Shown here: piece by piece, positions 1 to 8,562 of the stretch
Numbering within the stretch: position 1 is the stretch's first letter
How the letters are laid out: each line of letters begins with the position of its first letter
From: Blastocatellia bacterium
GTDB lineage: Bacteria; Acidobacteriota; Blastocatellia; UBA7656
NCBI GenBank assembly: GCA_044868105.1
Contig: JBIOWC010000122.1
Span: forward strand, 1-50,569
Length of the DNA: 50,569 bases
Direction: 5' to 3'
Position numbers and translations under genes: made by a program
The notes under the pieces: generated by a model
Told to the model about the DNA's origin: nothing
The model's input: the letters and a program-made list of their open reading frames with translations, nothing else
Database searches by the model: none

Positions 1-1710
1 CGCATAATAGAGACCTTTCTTTTCGAGCAGCGAATCATGGGTTCCGGACTCGGTGATGCGCCCCTTTTCTAAAACATAGATGGTATCGGCGTGTAAGATG
101 GTGCTGAGCCGGTGGGCAATTAAAATGACCATATGTTCTTTGCTGCCGGATACTCTGCGAACCGCTGTCGTAATCTCCTGTTCGGTGATTGAATCGAGCG
201 CCGACGTGGCTTCGTCAAAGATGAAGAGGCGCGGCCGGCGCAACAGGGCGCGGGCAATCGACAGGCGCTGGCGTTCGCCGCCCGATACGCGCAACCCGCT
301 CTCGCCCAAACGGGTGTCCAGTCCTTTACCGGAACGCTCCAGCAAGGGCATCGCCGAAGCTTTTTGCAGCGCGTCGAGCATCTCTTCGTCGGTGGCGTCC
401 GGCTTAACAAATAAGAGATTCTGGCGAATCGTTCCGGAAAAGAGTTGCGGGTCTTGCGTGACAAAACCGATTTGCCGGCGAACCGGATTGTAACGCAGTT
501 CATTGACCGGAATGCCATCAATATAGATGGTGCCGCTGATGGGCGTGTAAAGGCCAACCAGCAATTTAACAAGCGTCGATTTTCCCGACCCGGAAGGCCC
601 GACAAAAGCCAGCGTATCGCCCAGCCGGGCTTTGAAGGAGATATGATCAATGGCATTTTCGGTGGCCGAGCGATGTCTGAAAACCACATCTGCAAATCGC
701 AAATCTTCGAGTTCACCAATCTCAACCGGCTCTTCCGGCCGTTTTTCAATCGGCTTTTTCATCAGTTCGTCAAACATCTGCATCGAGGCTTCGGCCTCGC
801 GGTAATTCAAAATAATTCTGCCGAGGTCCTGTAATGGAACAAAGATGGTGTTGAGGATGAACTGCATCGAGATGAGTTCTCCGGCGGTAAGCGTCTTGTG
901 AAAGATGAGCCACAACAGGATGAAGAGAATTGAATGCTTGAGCGAATTGATCAGCGTGCCTTGCAGAAATGACAGCGTGCGAACCCGCTTCACCTTCTCC
1001 ATTTCGAGTTCATAAATATTTCGCGTGTAGGCTTGCAGGCGGCGGATTTCCGGATAGGTCAATCCCAGGCTCTTAACCAGTTCAATGTTGCGCAAGGATT
1101 CGGTGATCGAGCCGGACATCTTGGCCGTCTCGCGAACAATCATCCGCTGCACGGCTTTCATCTTCTGACTGAGCAGCCCGGTTAAGCCGCCCAGCACCAG
1201 CACGCCAACCACAAAGACCGGAATCAGCAGCCAGTGTTTGGTGATGCCGTACCACAATAAAAATGCGATACCGATAAGCGATGAGAAGAGAATATTGACA
1301 AAGGCATTGATGAAACGTTCGGTGTCGGTGCGCACCTTTTGCAACATCGCCACGGTTTCGCCGCTGCTGCGATCTTCAAACTCCTGAAAAGAGAGCCGCA
1401 AGGTTTGCCGCAAGCCCTCACTAAAGACCTGCAGGCCGAATCTTTGTACGACCAGCGTGAGGACATAATCTTGAAACGAGGCGGCGAGCCGCGCGGCCAG
1501 GGCAACGGCGGCCGCCACTACAAGCCACCACAAGGCGCCGCGCACCAGTACGGCGTCCGGTTGGTGGTTCGGGTTGAGCGCGTACTGATCAATGATTCTT
1601 CCGAAAATCAGCGGATCAATTAAGGTCAGGGTTTGCGCCAGACCAGCCAGCAAGAGAGATAAGGCAACCCACCAGCGCAGTGGTCGCATGTATTGCCACA
1701 GAATGTGCAT
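1..1710 (-). CDS. ABC exporter, fused transmembrane + ATP-binding protein (MsbA/ABCB type); C-terminal end runs off the window
   Basis: Absent from the ORF track because there is no in-window stop. My minus-strand translation from the ATG at 1710-1708 is unbroken (MHILWQYMRPLRWW...). It shows a TM exporter domain, Walker A GPSGSGKST, signature VSGGERQR, Walker B LFIFDEATSALD and IAHRLSTI. Track ORFs 80-493, 120-749 and 445-834 are off-frame shadows. Confidence 0.9.
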   Translation of the reverse strand, partial: MHILWQYMRPLRWWVALSLLLAGLAQTLTLIDPLIFGRIIDQYALNPNHQPDAVLVRGALWWLVVAAAVALAARLAASFQDYVLTLVVQRFGLQVFSEGLRQTLRLSFQEFEDRSSGETVAMLQKVRTDTERFINAFVNILFSSLIGIAFLLWYGITKHWLLIPVFVVGVLVLGGLTGLLSQKMKAVQRMIVRETAKMSGSITESLRNIELVKSLGLTYPEIRRLQAYTRNIYELEMEKVKRVRTLSFLQGTLINSLKHSILFILLWLIFHKTLTAGELISMQFILNTIFVPLQDLGRIILNYREAEASMQMFDELMKKPIEKRPEEPVEIGELEDLRFADVVFRHRSATENAIDHISFKARLGDTLAFVGPSGSGKSTLVKLLVGLYTPISGTIYIDGIPVNELRYNPVRRQIGFVTQDPQLFSGTIRQNLLFVKPDATDEEMLDALQKASAMPLLERSGKGLDTRLGESGLRVSGGERQRLSIARALLRRPRLFIFDEATSALDSITEQEITTAVRRVSGSKEHMVILIAHRLSTILHADTIYVLEKGRITESGTHDSLLEKKGLYYA

Positions 1711-1892
1711 ATTCACCTGCTCTCACTCATTCATTATTTACAGGACACCCATCTTTAATCATAGCCGATGAAATGGCGGCACGACATTTAACGAAACGGC
1801 TTGTGGGGTCTCCGCCTTGGTCAAGGTTCTCGGCAATTGCTAAAATGCCAGACCCAACGAGAGAGATTCAGCCGCTTATGGAGGATAGATTA

Positions 1893-3530
1893 ATGCGCTC
1901 TTTCTTTATCATTACTCAACGTCAATGGGTCGCCTGCTGGTTGGCTATGTTGATGGCTTCGCAGGCCGTGGCACAAACGGCAAGCGGTCTTTTAGATTCC
2001 GAACGACAACTGGCAAAGCAGGTGGCGTTAAAAGAGATAAAAGATAGCACGGCGATTTTATCGGCCGACGCCATGGAAGGACGCGGCGTGATGCAACGCG
2101 GCGGCGCTCAGGCGGCGCGCTGGATTGCTGACCAGATGAAGTCATATGGGATGAAGCCGCTTGGCGAAAATGGTGCTTATTTGCAGGCCGTTCCGCTCAC
2201 TGAAAAATCGTTAGGTGAAGAGACCGCGTTTAAGTTGGATGGCGCCACGCTAGCGCTCGGGCAGGAGTGGGCGCCGCTGGCGTTCAATCTGAAAGACAGC
2301 CAGTACAGCGGTGATTTAGTCTTTGCCGGACACGCCATCGTCTCGGACGCCTGGAAACGCAATGATCTAAAAGACGCCGATTTCAAAGACAAAATTGTGG
2401 TGGTGATTCAAGGGCGTTTAGTCAACACTTCGCAGGAAGCGTGGGACAAAGCCAATGGCGCGGCGCTCGCCGTCTCGACGGTCTTTAAGAACCAGGCCAG
2501 GGGCCTGATTTATGTGGCCAACGGTTTGGAGAGACGCCCGCTCGACCAGATGGTTGATTTCAACACCCGCAGACAGATTGTCGTTACTGAAGGCGGGCCG
2601 CCGCCGCCGCCGATTCTCTACCTCAGCGCCGCGGCTGCCGAAAAACTCTTTGCAAAGTCGGGCGTCGCCTATAAAGAAGCACTGGCGCAAGCCGAGCGCG
2701 ATGATTTCAAACCGCTCGACCTGAAGATGCGGGCTGAGATTAAGACCCAGGTGAAGACGACCAAAGGCACGGCAAGCAACGTCATCGGCTACTTTGAAGG
2801 GTCTGATCCGACATTGAAAAACGAGGCGGTCTTCTTTACGGCGCACTACGATGCCTTTGGCCTGCTCAACGGCAAGATCTACAACGGGGCGGCTGACAAT
2901 GCCCTGGGCACCGCCGAGATGTTGGCCGTGGCCAAGGCGTTTTCGAAAATGAAGGTGAAGCCGAAGCGGTCGCTGGTCTTTCTCGCGGTGACGGCTGAAG
3001 AGAGCGGGCTGCTGGGTTCCAAACACTGGGTTGCCAATCCGACCTGGGACCTGCAAAAAATCGCCGGCGTGATGAATCTCGATGGGGTCGGCACGGAAAC
3101 CTTCGGGCCGGTCAAAAACATTGTCGGGTTTGGCGCCGAGCATTCTACGCTCGGCGCGCTGCTGGCCGATGTGGCGAAAGCTTATGGCATCAGCCTGATG
3201 CCTGACCCGCTTCCCGAAGAGGGCATCTTCAAACGCTCCGATCATTATCCGTTCGTGGTCAGAGGCATTCCCGCTTTGATGTTGATGGGGGCGCCGGAAG
3301 GCACCAAAGAAGCCTTGGTCAAACGCATCTTTGGCTGGATGATGGTCGCTTATCATCAACCGGCGGATGACATCGAGAAAACCTGGTACTGGGACGGGGC
3401 AAAGACCGTCGCCGACTTGATGGCGATTGTGGGACTGCGCCTTGCCGAGCAGCCGGAGATGCCTTCGTGGTTAAGCAGTTCGCCATACGCCAATCTCAAA
3501 CGCGGCGATAAGTTGCCGGCGGGCAATTAA
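1893..3530 (+). CDS. Secreted M28-family metallopeptidase with PA domain
   Basis: The ATG at 1893 follows GGAGGA (1880-1885) and opens a signal-peptide-like MRSFFIITQRQWVACWLAMLMASQAVAQ. M28 hallmarks are present: FFTAHYDAFG, GAADNALGTAEMLAVAKAF, FLAVTAEESGLLGSKHW and SDHYPFVVRGIPAL. The track ORF start at 1680 is an unlikely N-terminal extension. Confidence 0.85.
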   Translation: MRSFFIITQRQWVACWLAMLMASQAVAQTASGLLDSERQLAKQVALKEIKDSTAILSADAMEGRGVMQRGGAQAARWIADQMKSYGMKPLGENGAYLQAVPLTEKSLGEETAFKLDGATLALGQEWAPLAFNLKDSQYSGDLVFAGHAIVSDAWKRNDLKDADFKDKIVVVIQGRLVNTSQEAWDKANGAALAVSTVFKNQARGLIYVANGLERRPLDQMVDFNTRRQIVVTEGGPPPPPILYLSAAAAEKLFAKSGVAYKEALAQAERDDFKPLDLKMRAEIKTQVKTTKGTASNVIGYFEGSDPTLKNEAVFFTAHYDAFGLLNGKIYNGAADNALGTAEMLAVAKAFSKMKVKPKRSLVFLAVTAEESGLLGSKHWVANPTWDLQKIAGVMNLDGVGTETFGPVKNIVGFGAEHSTLGALLADVAKAYGISLMPDPLPEEGIFKRSDHYPFVVRGIPALMLMGAPEGTKEALVKRIFGWMMVAYHQPADDIEKTWYWDGAKTVADLMAIVGLRLAEQPEMPSWLSSSPYANLKRGDKLPAGN

Positions 3531-3566
3531 CCCGCTGATGGGCTGCCGGATGAATTGCAGTTCGAT

Positions 3567-3613
3567 GGTTGAGGCCGAAAAGTTAACTTGAAAAGTTAAC
3601 TTTCGCCTCAACC
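3567..3613. terminator. Long near-perfect hairpin between convergent genes (candidate bidirectional terminator)
   Basis: ggttgaggccgaaaagttaac / gttaactttcgcctcaacc inverted repeat. It lies between the M28 stop (3530) and the stop of the minus-strand CRTAC1 gene (3664). Confidence 0.5.
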
Positions 3614-3663
3614 TGAAGAATCGGGAAACGGGTGGTGATTAACGAAAGCCTTGTTCTTGAGGC

Positions 3664-5478
3664 TCAGGGGCTCGTGAATTGAATAGCGTTAGCTGAAACG
3701 ACGCCCTTGCCTTCTTCAATAACAACTTCCTGATTTGCGGCAACATCGGTCACCGTCTGTTTGTTGCCGTTTGGCCAGGTAATTTCGAGGCTCGGCACTT
3801 TGTCGGCCTTGCCGAGTCCAAAGGTCACTGGCAACTCGCTTTGCGACGCATAACTGGACCCGGTCCGCACCATACCGATAAGCTTGGACTGATCGGCCAG
3901 CGTCGCGGTGATCAGCGCGCCGATGCCGTTGCGGTTCGACGCCGTGCCGGTGAGCTTAATGCGCAACAGATTATTCTGATTGCCGCCGTTATTGCGCAGC
4001 AGTTGCGCCGGCCCGTTATTGACCGTGATGAGCAAGTCGAGGTCACCATCGTGATCATAGTCGCCGTAAGCCGCGCCGCGCGCGACAACCGCCTGTTGCA
4101 AAGCCTGGCCGAGCTTGGTGCCCATGGATTGGAAGTTCTTCTTGCCGAGATTACGAAAGAGATGCGGCGGTTCGGCATACTTGATTTTGGGCTGGACCAC
4201 ACTGATGTCATCAGCGACGTGGCCGTTGGCGGCGAAGATGTCGAGCCAGCCATCGAGATCATAATCAAAGAAGAAACAGGCAAACGTGAGGGTCAACAAC
4301 GATTCCTGTCCGATGGTTGAATTCGGCGCGTCGTCAACAAAAAGCCCGGTGCCCTCGTTGTGATAAAGCGCAATCATTTCATTTGAGAAATTGCCGATGA
4401 CCAGACTCTGTTTGCCCGAATGGTCATAATCGCCGGCATCGGTTCCCATGCCGGCGCGCGCTTTGCCCATATCATTAAAAGCGACGCCCGCTCCGGTGCC
4501 TTCATCCGTAAAAGTGCCGTTGCCGCGATTGTGGTACAGCTTGTTGGGTTGCGTGTCGTTGGCGACAAACAGGTCTATCCAACCGTCGTTATCATAATCG
4601 AGCAAGGCCACGCCCAGCGCTTTGCCTGACGGGTCGAGAAGCCCGGCGCGCTCGGTGACATTGTCAAACGTCCCATCGCCTTTGTTGTGATAGAGCGTCG
4701 AACTCTGCCCTTTGTAAGCTTCCGGCGTACAATAAGATTTATTTTTACCATCCTGAGAACAGTTGATGTCTTTCTCGACGGCCCATTCGACGTAGTTGCA
4801 AACAAAGAGGTCGAGTCGTCCGTCGCGGTCATAATCAAACCACGCGGCGCTTGCCGAGAATCCCGTATCGCCGACGCCGGCCTTAGTCGTCACATCCGTA
4901 AAACGACCGCCGCCCTGATTGCGGAAGAGATGATTGGCGCCCAGACAGGTGATGTAGATATCAACCAGGCCATCATTATCATAATCGGCGATGGCGCAGC
5001 CGATGCCATATAACTCCACCGCCAGCCCGGCCTCTTTCGTCACATCGGTGAAGGTGCCGTTCTGGTTGTTATGATAGAGCGCCGAATAACTCTTCGCGCC
5101 TTTGCGCTCGGGCCAGTTCATCGAGTTGATGAGCAGAATGTCCTGCCAGCCGTCGTTGTCGTAATCTAAAAAAGCGCCGCCCGAGCCGACGGTTTCCGGC
5201 ATATATTTCTTTCCGAAAGCGCCGCTGTTGTGCTTGAAGTGCAGACCGGCTTGCGTTGTCACATTAACGAATTCAATCGGCCCCGAATATCGCGGCGCTT
5301 GTGACGGCGGCGGCGCTTCGGTCTGCGCGGCATCCGGTTGAACAGAAGGCGACCCGGAATTGGCTTTCTGATTGGTTGTGCCTGAGGCTTTATCATCAGC
5401 CGGCGGAGTGACACATCCGCTGAGCGGCAAGATGAGCAAGAGAGAAAGCACCCAGCATAGCAAAACTTTTCGCATCAA
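3664..5478 (-). CDS. CRTAC1-family lipoprotein (FG-GAP/VCBS repeats + ASPIC/UnbV C-terminal domain)
   Basis: Lipobox LILPLSGC near the N-terminus. Repeated Dx(D/N)xDGxxD(I/L) calcium-type FG-GAP motifs are present (DYDNDGWQDILL, DYDNDGLVDIYI, DYDRDGRLDLFV, DYDNDGWIDLFV, DYDLDGWLDIF, DYDHDGDLDLLI). UnbV-like tail: NRNGIGALITA...ITWPNG. Confidence 0.85.
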   Translation of the reverse strand: MMRKVLLCWVLSLLLILPLSGCVTPPADDKASGTTNQKANSGSPSVQPDAAQTEAPPPSQAPRYSGPIEFVNVTTQAGLHFKHNSGAFGKKYMPETVGSGGAFLDYDNDGWQDILLINSMNWPERKGAKSYSALYHNNQNGTFTDVTKEAGLAVELYGIGCAIADYDNDGLVDIYITCLGANHLFRNQGGGRFTDVTTKAGVGDTGFSASAAWFDYDRDGRLDLFVCNYVEWAVEKDINCSQDGKNKSYCTPEAYKGQSSTLYHNKGDGTFDNVTERAGLLDPSGKALGVALLDYDNDGWIDLFVANDTQPNKLYHNRGNGTFTDEGTGAGVAFNDMGKARAGMGTDAGDYDHSGKQSLVIGNFSNEMIALYHNEGTGLFVDDAPNSTIGQESLLTLTFACFFFDYDLDGWLDIFAANGHVADDISVVQPKIKYAEPPHLFRNLGKKNFQSMGTKLGQALQQAVVARGAAYGDYDHDGDLDLLITVNNGPAQLLRNNGGNQNNLLRIKLTGTASNRNGIGALITATLADQSKLIGMVRTGSSYASQSELPVTFGLGKADKVPSLEITWPNGNKQTVTDVAANQEVVIEEGKGVVSANAIQFTSP

Positions 5479-5636
5479 GTTTACCTCTACGTTCGTGAGC
5501 TGAAATTGAACTCAAAATAAATCATCCAGGTTCGCCAACTGGCGGTTCAGGTTAAGCAGGTCGCGCCCTGGCTGGCTTGCAACAACCGGTGAAGCCCTAT
5601 GGCCCTGAAGCGTGACGCTCAGGCGAGCGCTTCGAT

Positions 5637-6674
5637 TTATTGATTCGGCACGACAGTCTCGCCCACTTCGATGTTTGCGGGTTTGATATCGGCCGGAATG
5701 AATTGCCGGTCTATCAGGTCCTTCATGGAAATCGGTTTTTCGAGAATGCCGGCCTTAAGCGCCATATCGTGGATTTGCTGCAAGTCCTCATCGGTGGGCG
5801 TCAGCATTCGATAACTCACGCGGTCGGGTGGTTGGGTCAGCACATAGCGCACGACCTTCTCGTCCTGTCGAAAATATGGCGAAGCCACTTTGGCAGCCTC
5901 CAGGCGATGGGTTTCGGCCCATTCACCGCTCTCGGCGATGCCGCGAACCAGATCGCGCACGATCTCCGGGTGCTCCTGGATTAACTTCTCATGAACGACG
6001 AGCACACAGGAGATAAAATGCGGCCAGATGTCTTTGGCGTAATAGAGGACGCGCCCGGTTCCGTCGAGTTCGGCTTTTGCGCAATGCGGCTCGCCAACGA
6101 AATAGGCATCAATGGCTTTCACCGCTAAGGCTCCCGGCATATCGGGCGGCGGCATTTCAACGAACTTGATTTCATCCGGTTTGACGCCCTGGTCTTCCAT
6201 CAATTTATGAATCACCAGATATTGATTGCTGTACTTGCTCGGAATCGCAAAGATCTTGCCTCTTAAATCGCGCAGGTCTTTGGCCGGAAGGTCTTTGCGT
6301 ACGATCACCGTCGAGCCGTCGCGATGGCCGAGGTAACAGATCTTCACCGGCACGCCCTGTTCGCGGAGTTTCATCGCCAGCGGAGCAATCATAAAGGTCG
6401 CCTCCAGACGCCCGCCTTTAATTGATTCGACGATGGTGGGAAAATCGGTGAAGCGTTGCGACTCGAACCGAGTCGAAGTGCTGGTCCTGGACGCGTAGTC
6501 CGTGACCGGGCACGTCAAATGTCAGGTCACCGGCAAGAATCCGACGGCGAGTTCCTGGCGCATGGCTCCCGCTTCAGCGCCGCCGCGTTTCCAGGGTTTA
6601 AAGCGCAGCACGCCTAGGATGCCGATCACCACAAGGACCGCAATCACCCAGCGGGTTAGCGAAGATTTCATCAT
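5637..6674 (-). pseudogene. NitT/TauT-family (NMT1/SsuA-like) ABC substrate-binding protein interrupted by one in-frame TGA (6524-6522)
   Basis: The ATG at 6674 has a good RBS (AAGGAG, 8 nt upstream). It opens the signal anchor MMKSSLTRWVIAVLVVIGILGVL...ELAVGFLPVT, then TGA, then the same frame continues as HLTCPVTDYASRTS... (track ORF 5637-6518). The break falls inside the first conserved beta-strand of the binding fold. Confidence 0.7.
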
Positions 6675-6734
6675 AATCCGTAGCTCCTTTGTCCGTCGTC
6701 AACGGACGCTTAATCATCAAGGTTCATTTAATCG

Positions 6735-7490
6735 TTAAGCCTCATTTTGCAGGCTGAGGCGCGCCTTTTGCACGTCACCTTCCATCCCCAGTTCGGCGAG
6801 GATGCGGTGCACGGCTTCAATCACCTGCGGATGGGTCAGGTCGCGCGGGCGCGGCAAGGTCAGTTCGAGTTCGCAAGTGATGCGAGCCGGACGTTCCGAA
6901 AGCACCACGACGCGGTCGGCAAGTTGCGCGGCTTCTTCAATATCGTGGGTCACGAGCACGACCGTACGCGGGCGTTCGCGCAGCATGCGCACCAGTTCGC
7001 GCCGCATCCGCAGGCGCGTCAGGTAATCGAGCGCCGAGAACGGTTCATCCAGTAGCAGCAGATCGCTTTCGCCGGCCAGCGCCCGCGCCAGTTCGACGCG
7101 CTGACGCATGCCGCCCGACAGTTGATGCGGGTAATGGTCTTCAAATCCCTGCAGCCCAATCAGGCTGACCATCTCTCGCAGTTGCGCCTGACGTTCTCCT
7201 TCGTCATTGAGATGACGAAAACCGAGGGCGATATTTTCAACCACCGTCTTCCAGGGAAAGAGGCCATCCTGTTGATAGACCATGCGCACACGCTCGGCGC
7301 GCCTTACGGTTCCCGATGACGGGTTATCAAAACCTGAGCAGAGATTCAGCAGCGTCGTCTTACCGCAACCGGAAGGACCAACAACCGCGAGGAATTCTCC
7401 ACGGGCAATATCGAGAGAGAGGTTGCTGAAAACTTCTACATCACCAAAAGCGCGGCTCACGCCCTCAAGGCGCAAAGGTTTATCGTTCAT
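6735..7490 (-). CDS. ABC transporter ATP-binding protein (NitT/TauT family)
   Basis: Walker A GPSGCGKTT, signature LSGGMRQR, Walker B LLLLDEPFSALD and H-loop VTHD. The ATG at 7490 (MNDKPLRLEG) is preferred over the GTG at 7505. It overlaps the permease stop. Confidence 0.9.
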   Translation of the reverse strand: MNDKPLRLEGVSRAFGDVEVFSNLSLDIARGEFLAVVGPSGCGKTTLLNLCSGFDNPSSGTVRRAERVRMVYQQDGLFPWKTVVENIALGFRHLNDEGERQAQLREMVSLIGLQGFEDHYPHQLSGGMRQRVELARALAGESDLLLLDEPFSALDYLTRLRMRRELVRMLRERPRTVVLVTHDIEEAAQLADRVVVLSERPARITCELELTLPRPRDLTHPQVIEAVHRILAELGMEGDVQKARLSLQNEA

Positions 7491-8271
7491 ATCCCCACCG
7501 AACACTTGGGATCTTCATCAATTGCACGAGCAGCCGATCAATCGCCACGCCGATCAAGCCAATCACAATCATTCCGACGACCAGCAAATCCATCCTCAGG
7601 CCGTTGCGCGAATCCCAGATGGCAAAGCCCAATCCGTCGCGACCGGCAATCATCTCGGCGGCGACAACCACGACCCACGCCAGTCCCGCAGTCACCCGCA
7701 AGGCCGTGATGACCTGCGGAGCGATCGCCGGCAAGGTCACCTGCGTGAACAGTTCGGCGTTGCTGAAATGGTAATCCTGAGCCACGCGAAAATAGACCGT
7801 TGGAATGCTGGCGACGGCGGCTGTCGTCGCAATGACAATGGGAAAGAATGACGCCATGAAGATCAGGAAGATGGCCGGAATATCGCCGATGCCAAACCAC
7901 AGAATGGCAAATGGGATCCAGGCCAGCGGTGAGAGATTGCGAAAGAAATTGATCGCCGGCAAAAACGCCGCCCGCGTGCGACTGTGATGTCCAAGGAGCA
8001 AACCAATCGGCAAACCGAGCGCCACGGCCAGCGCAAAACCCGCGCCCACACGAAAGAGTGAGGCGATCAGATCGTTCAGCAGGCGGCCGCTGGTGATCTC
8101 CTGACCAAACCCGCGCCCCACGGCCAGCGGCGACGGGAAAGCCGATTCAGGGAAGATATGAAACGCTGACAAAGCCGCCCACAAACAGAGGCCGGCAACC
8201 GTAACGCCAATGGGCAAGACAATCGCTTTGTGCTTGAGATGAGTTTCCATCATAAAATAAGGAATATCCAT
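7480..8271 (-). CDS. ABC transporter permease (NitT/TauT family, BPD_transp_1 type)
   Basis: Six-TM profile, with an EAA-like loop region AAEMIAGRDGLGFAIWDSR. The start is uncertain (ATG 8271 or 8253; the track uses TTG 8292). It is first in a permease-ATPase-binding protein operon. Confidence 0.85.
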   Translation of the reverse strand: MDIPYFMMETHLKHKAIVLPIGVTVAGLCLWAALSAFHIFPESAFPSPLAVGRGFGQEITSGRLLNDLIASLFRVGAGFALAVALGLPIGLLLGHHSRTRAAFLPAINFFRNLSPLAWIPFAILWFGIGDIPAIFLIFMASFFPIVIATTAAVASIPTVYFRVAQDYHFSNAELFTQVTLPAIAPQVITALRVTAGLAWVVVVAAEMIAGRDGLGFAIWDSRNGLRMDLLVVGMIVIGLIGVAIDRLLVQLMKIPSVRWGYER

Positions 8272-8562
8272 TCGAGCATGTTGCTCAGTCAAGAACCGAG
8301 GTTTAGTTGTTGCTCATTAGCAAGTAAGAAACCGATAACGTGAAAATTAAGATAGCAATATCTGCTCTTGCAGTCCAACGATTCTCAGCCTCTCCGTTGC
8401 GGCCAATGGCTTTCTCGCCTGGCGGTCGAACTGCGGCTAAGCGCCTTTGACGCGGTAGCGTCTCCTTTACAAATCGTTCTCCCATCGTGTTATATTCTGG
8501 AGTCACTGTATAGCCCGACAAATACTATTCATCCACTAGCGAGGCCAAGCGTTCCTACACCC

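Noticed and set aside
1680-1892. Long N-terminal extensions in track ORFs (1680-1892, 8368-8562, 37031-37090, 44426-44539, 45295-45516, 45789-45860).
   Set aside because: Each has an internal ATG or GTG with a Shine-Dalgarno sequence that starts a signal peptide or a conserved N-terminus. The extensions overlap upstream genes or intergenic hairpins.
2418-3359. 313-aa antisense ORF opposite the M28 peptidase.
   Set aside because: The plus-strand frame carries clear M28 motifs. The antisense translation shows no recognisable features and is a shadow ORF.
6522-6524. Selenocysteine reading of the in-frame TGA in the substrate-binding protein.
   Set aside because: No hairpin lies at the canonical SECIS distance; the nearest good stem-loop starts about 46 nt downstream. 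No Sec machinery is visible in the window. I kept this only as a low-probability alternative in the finding.
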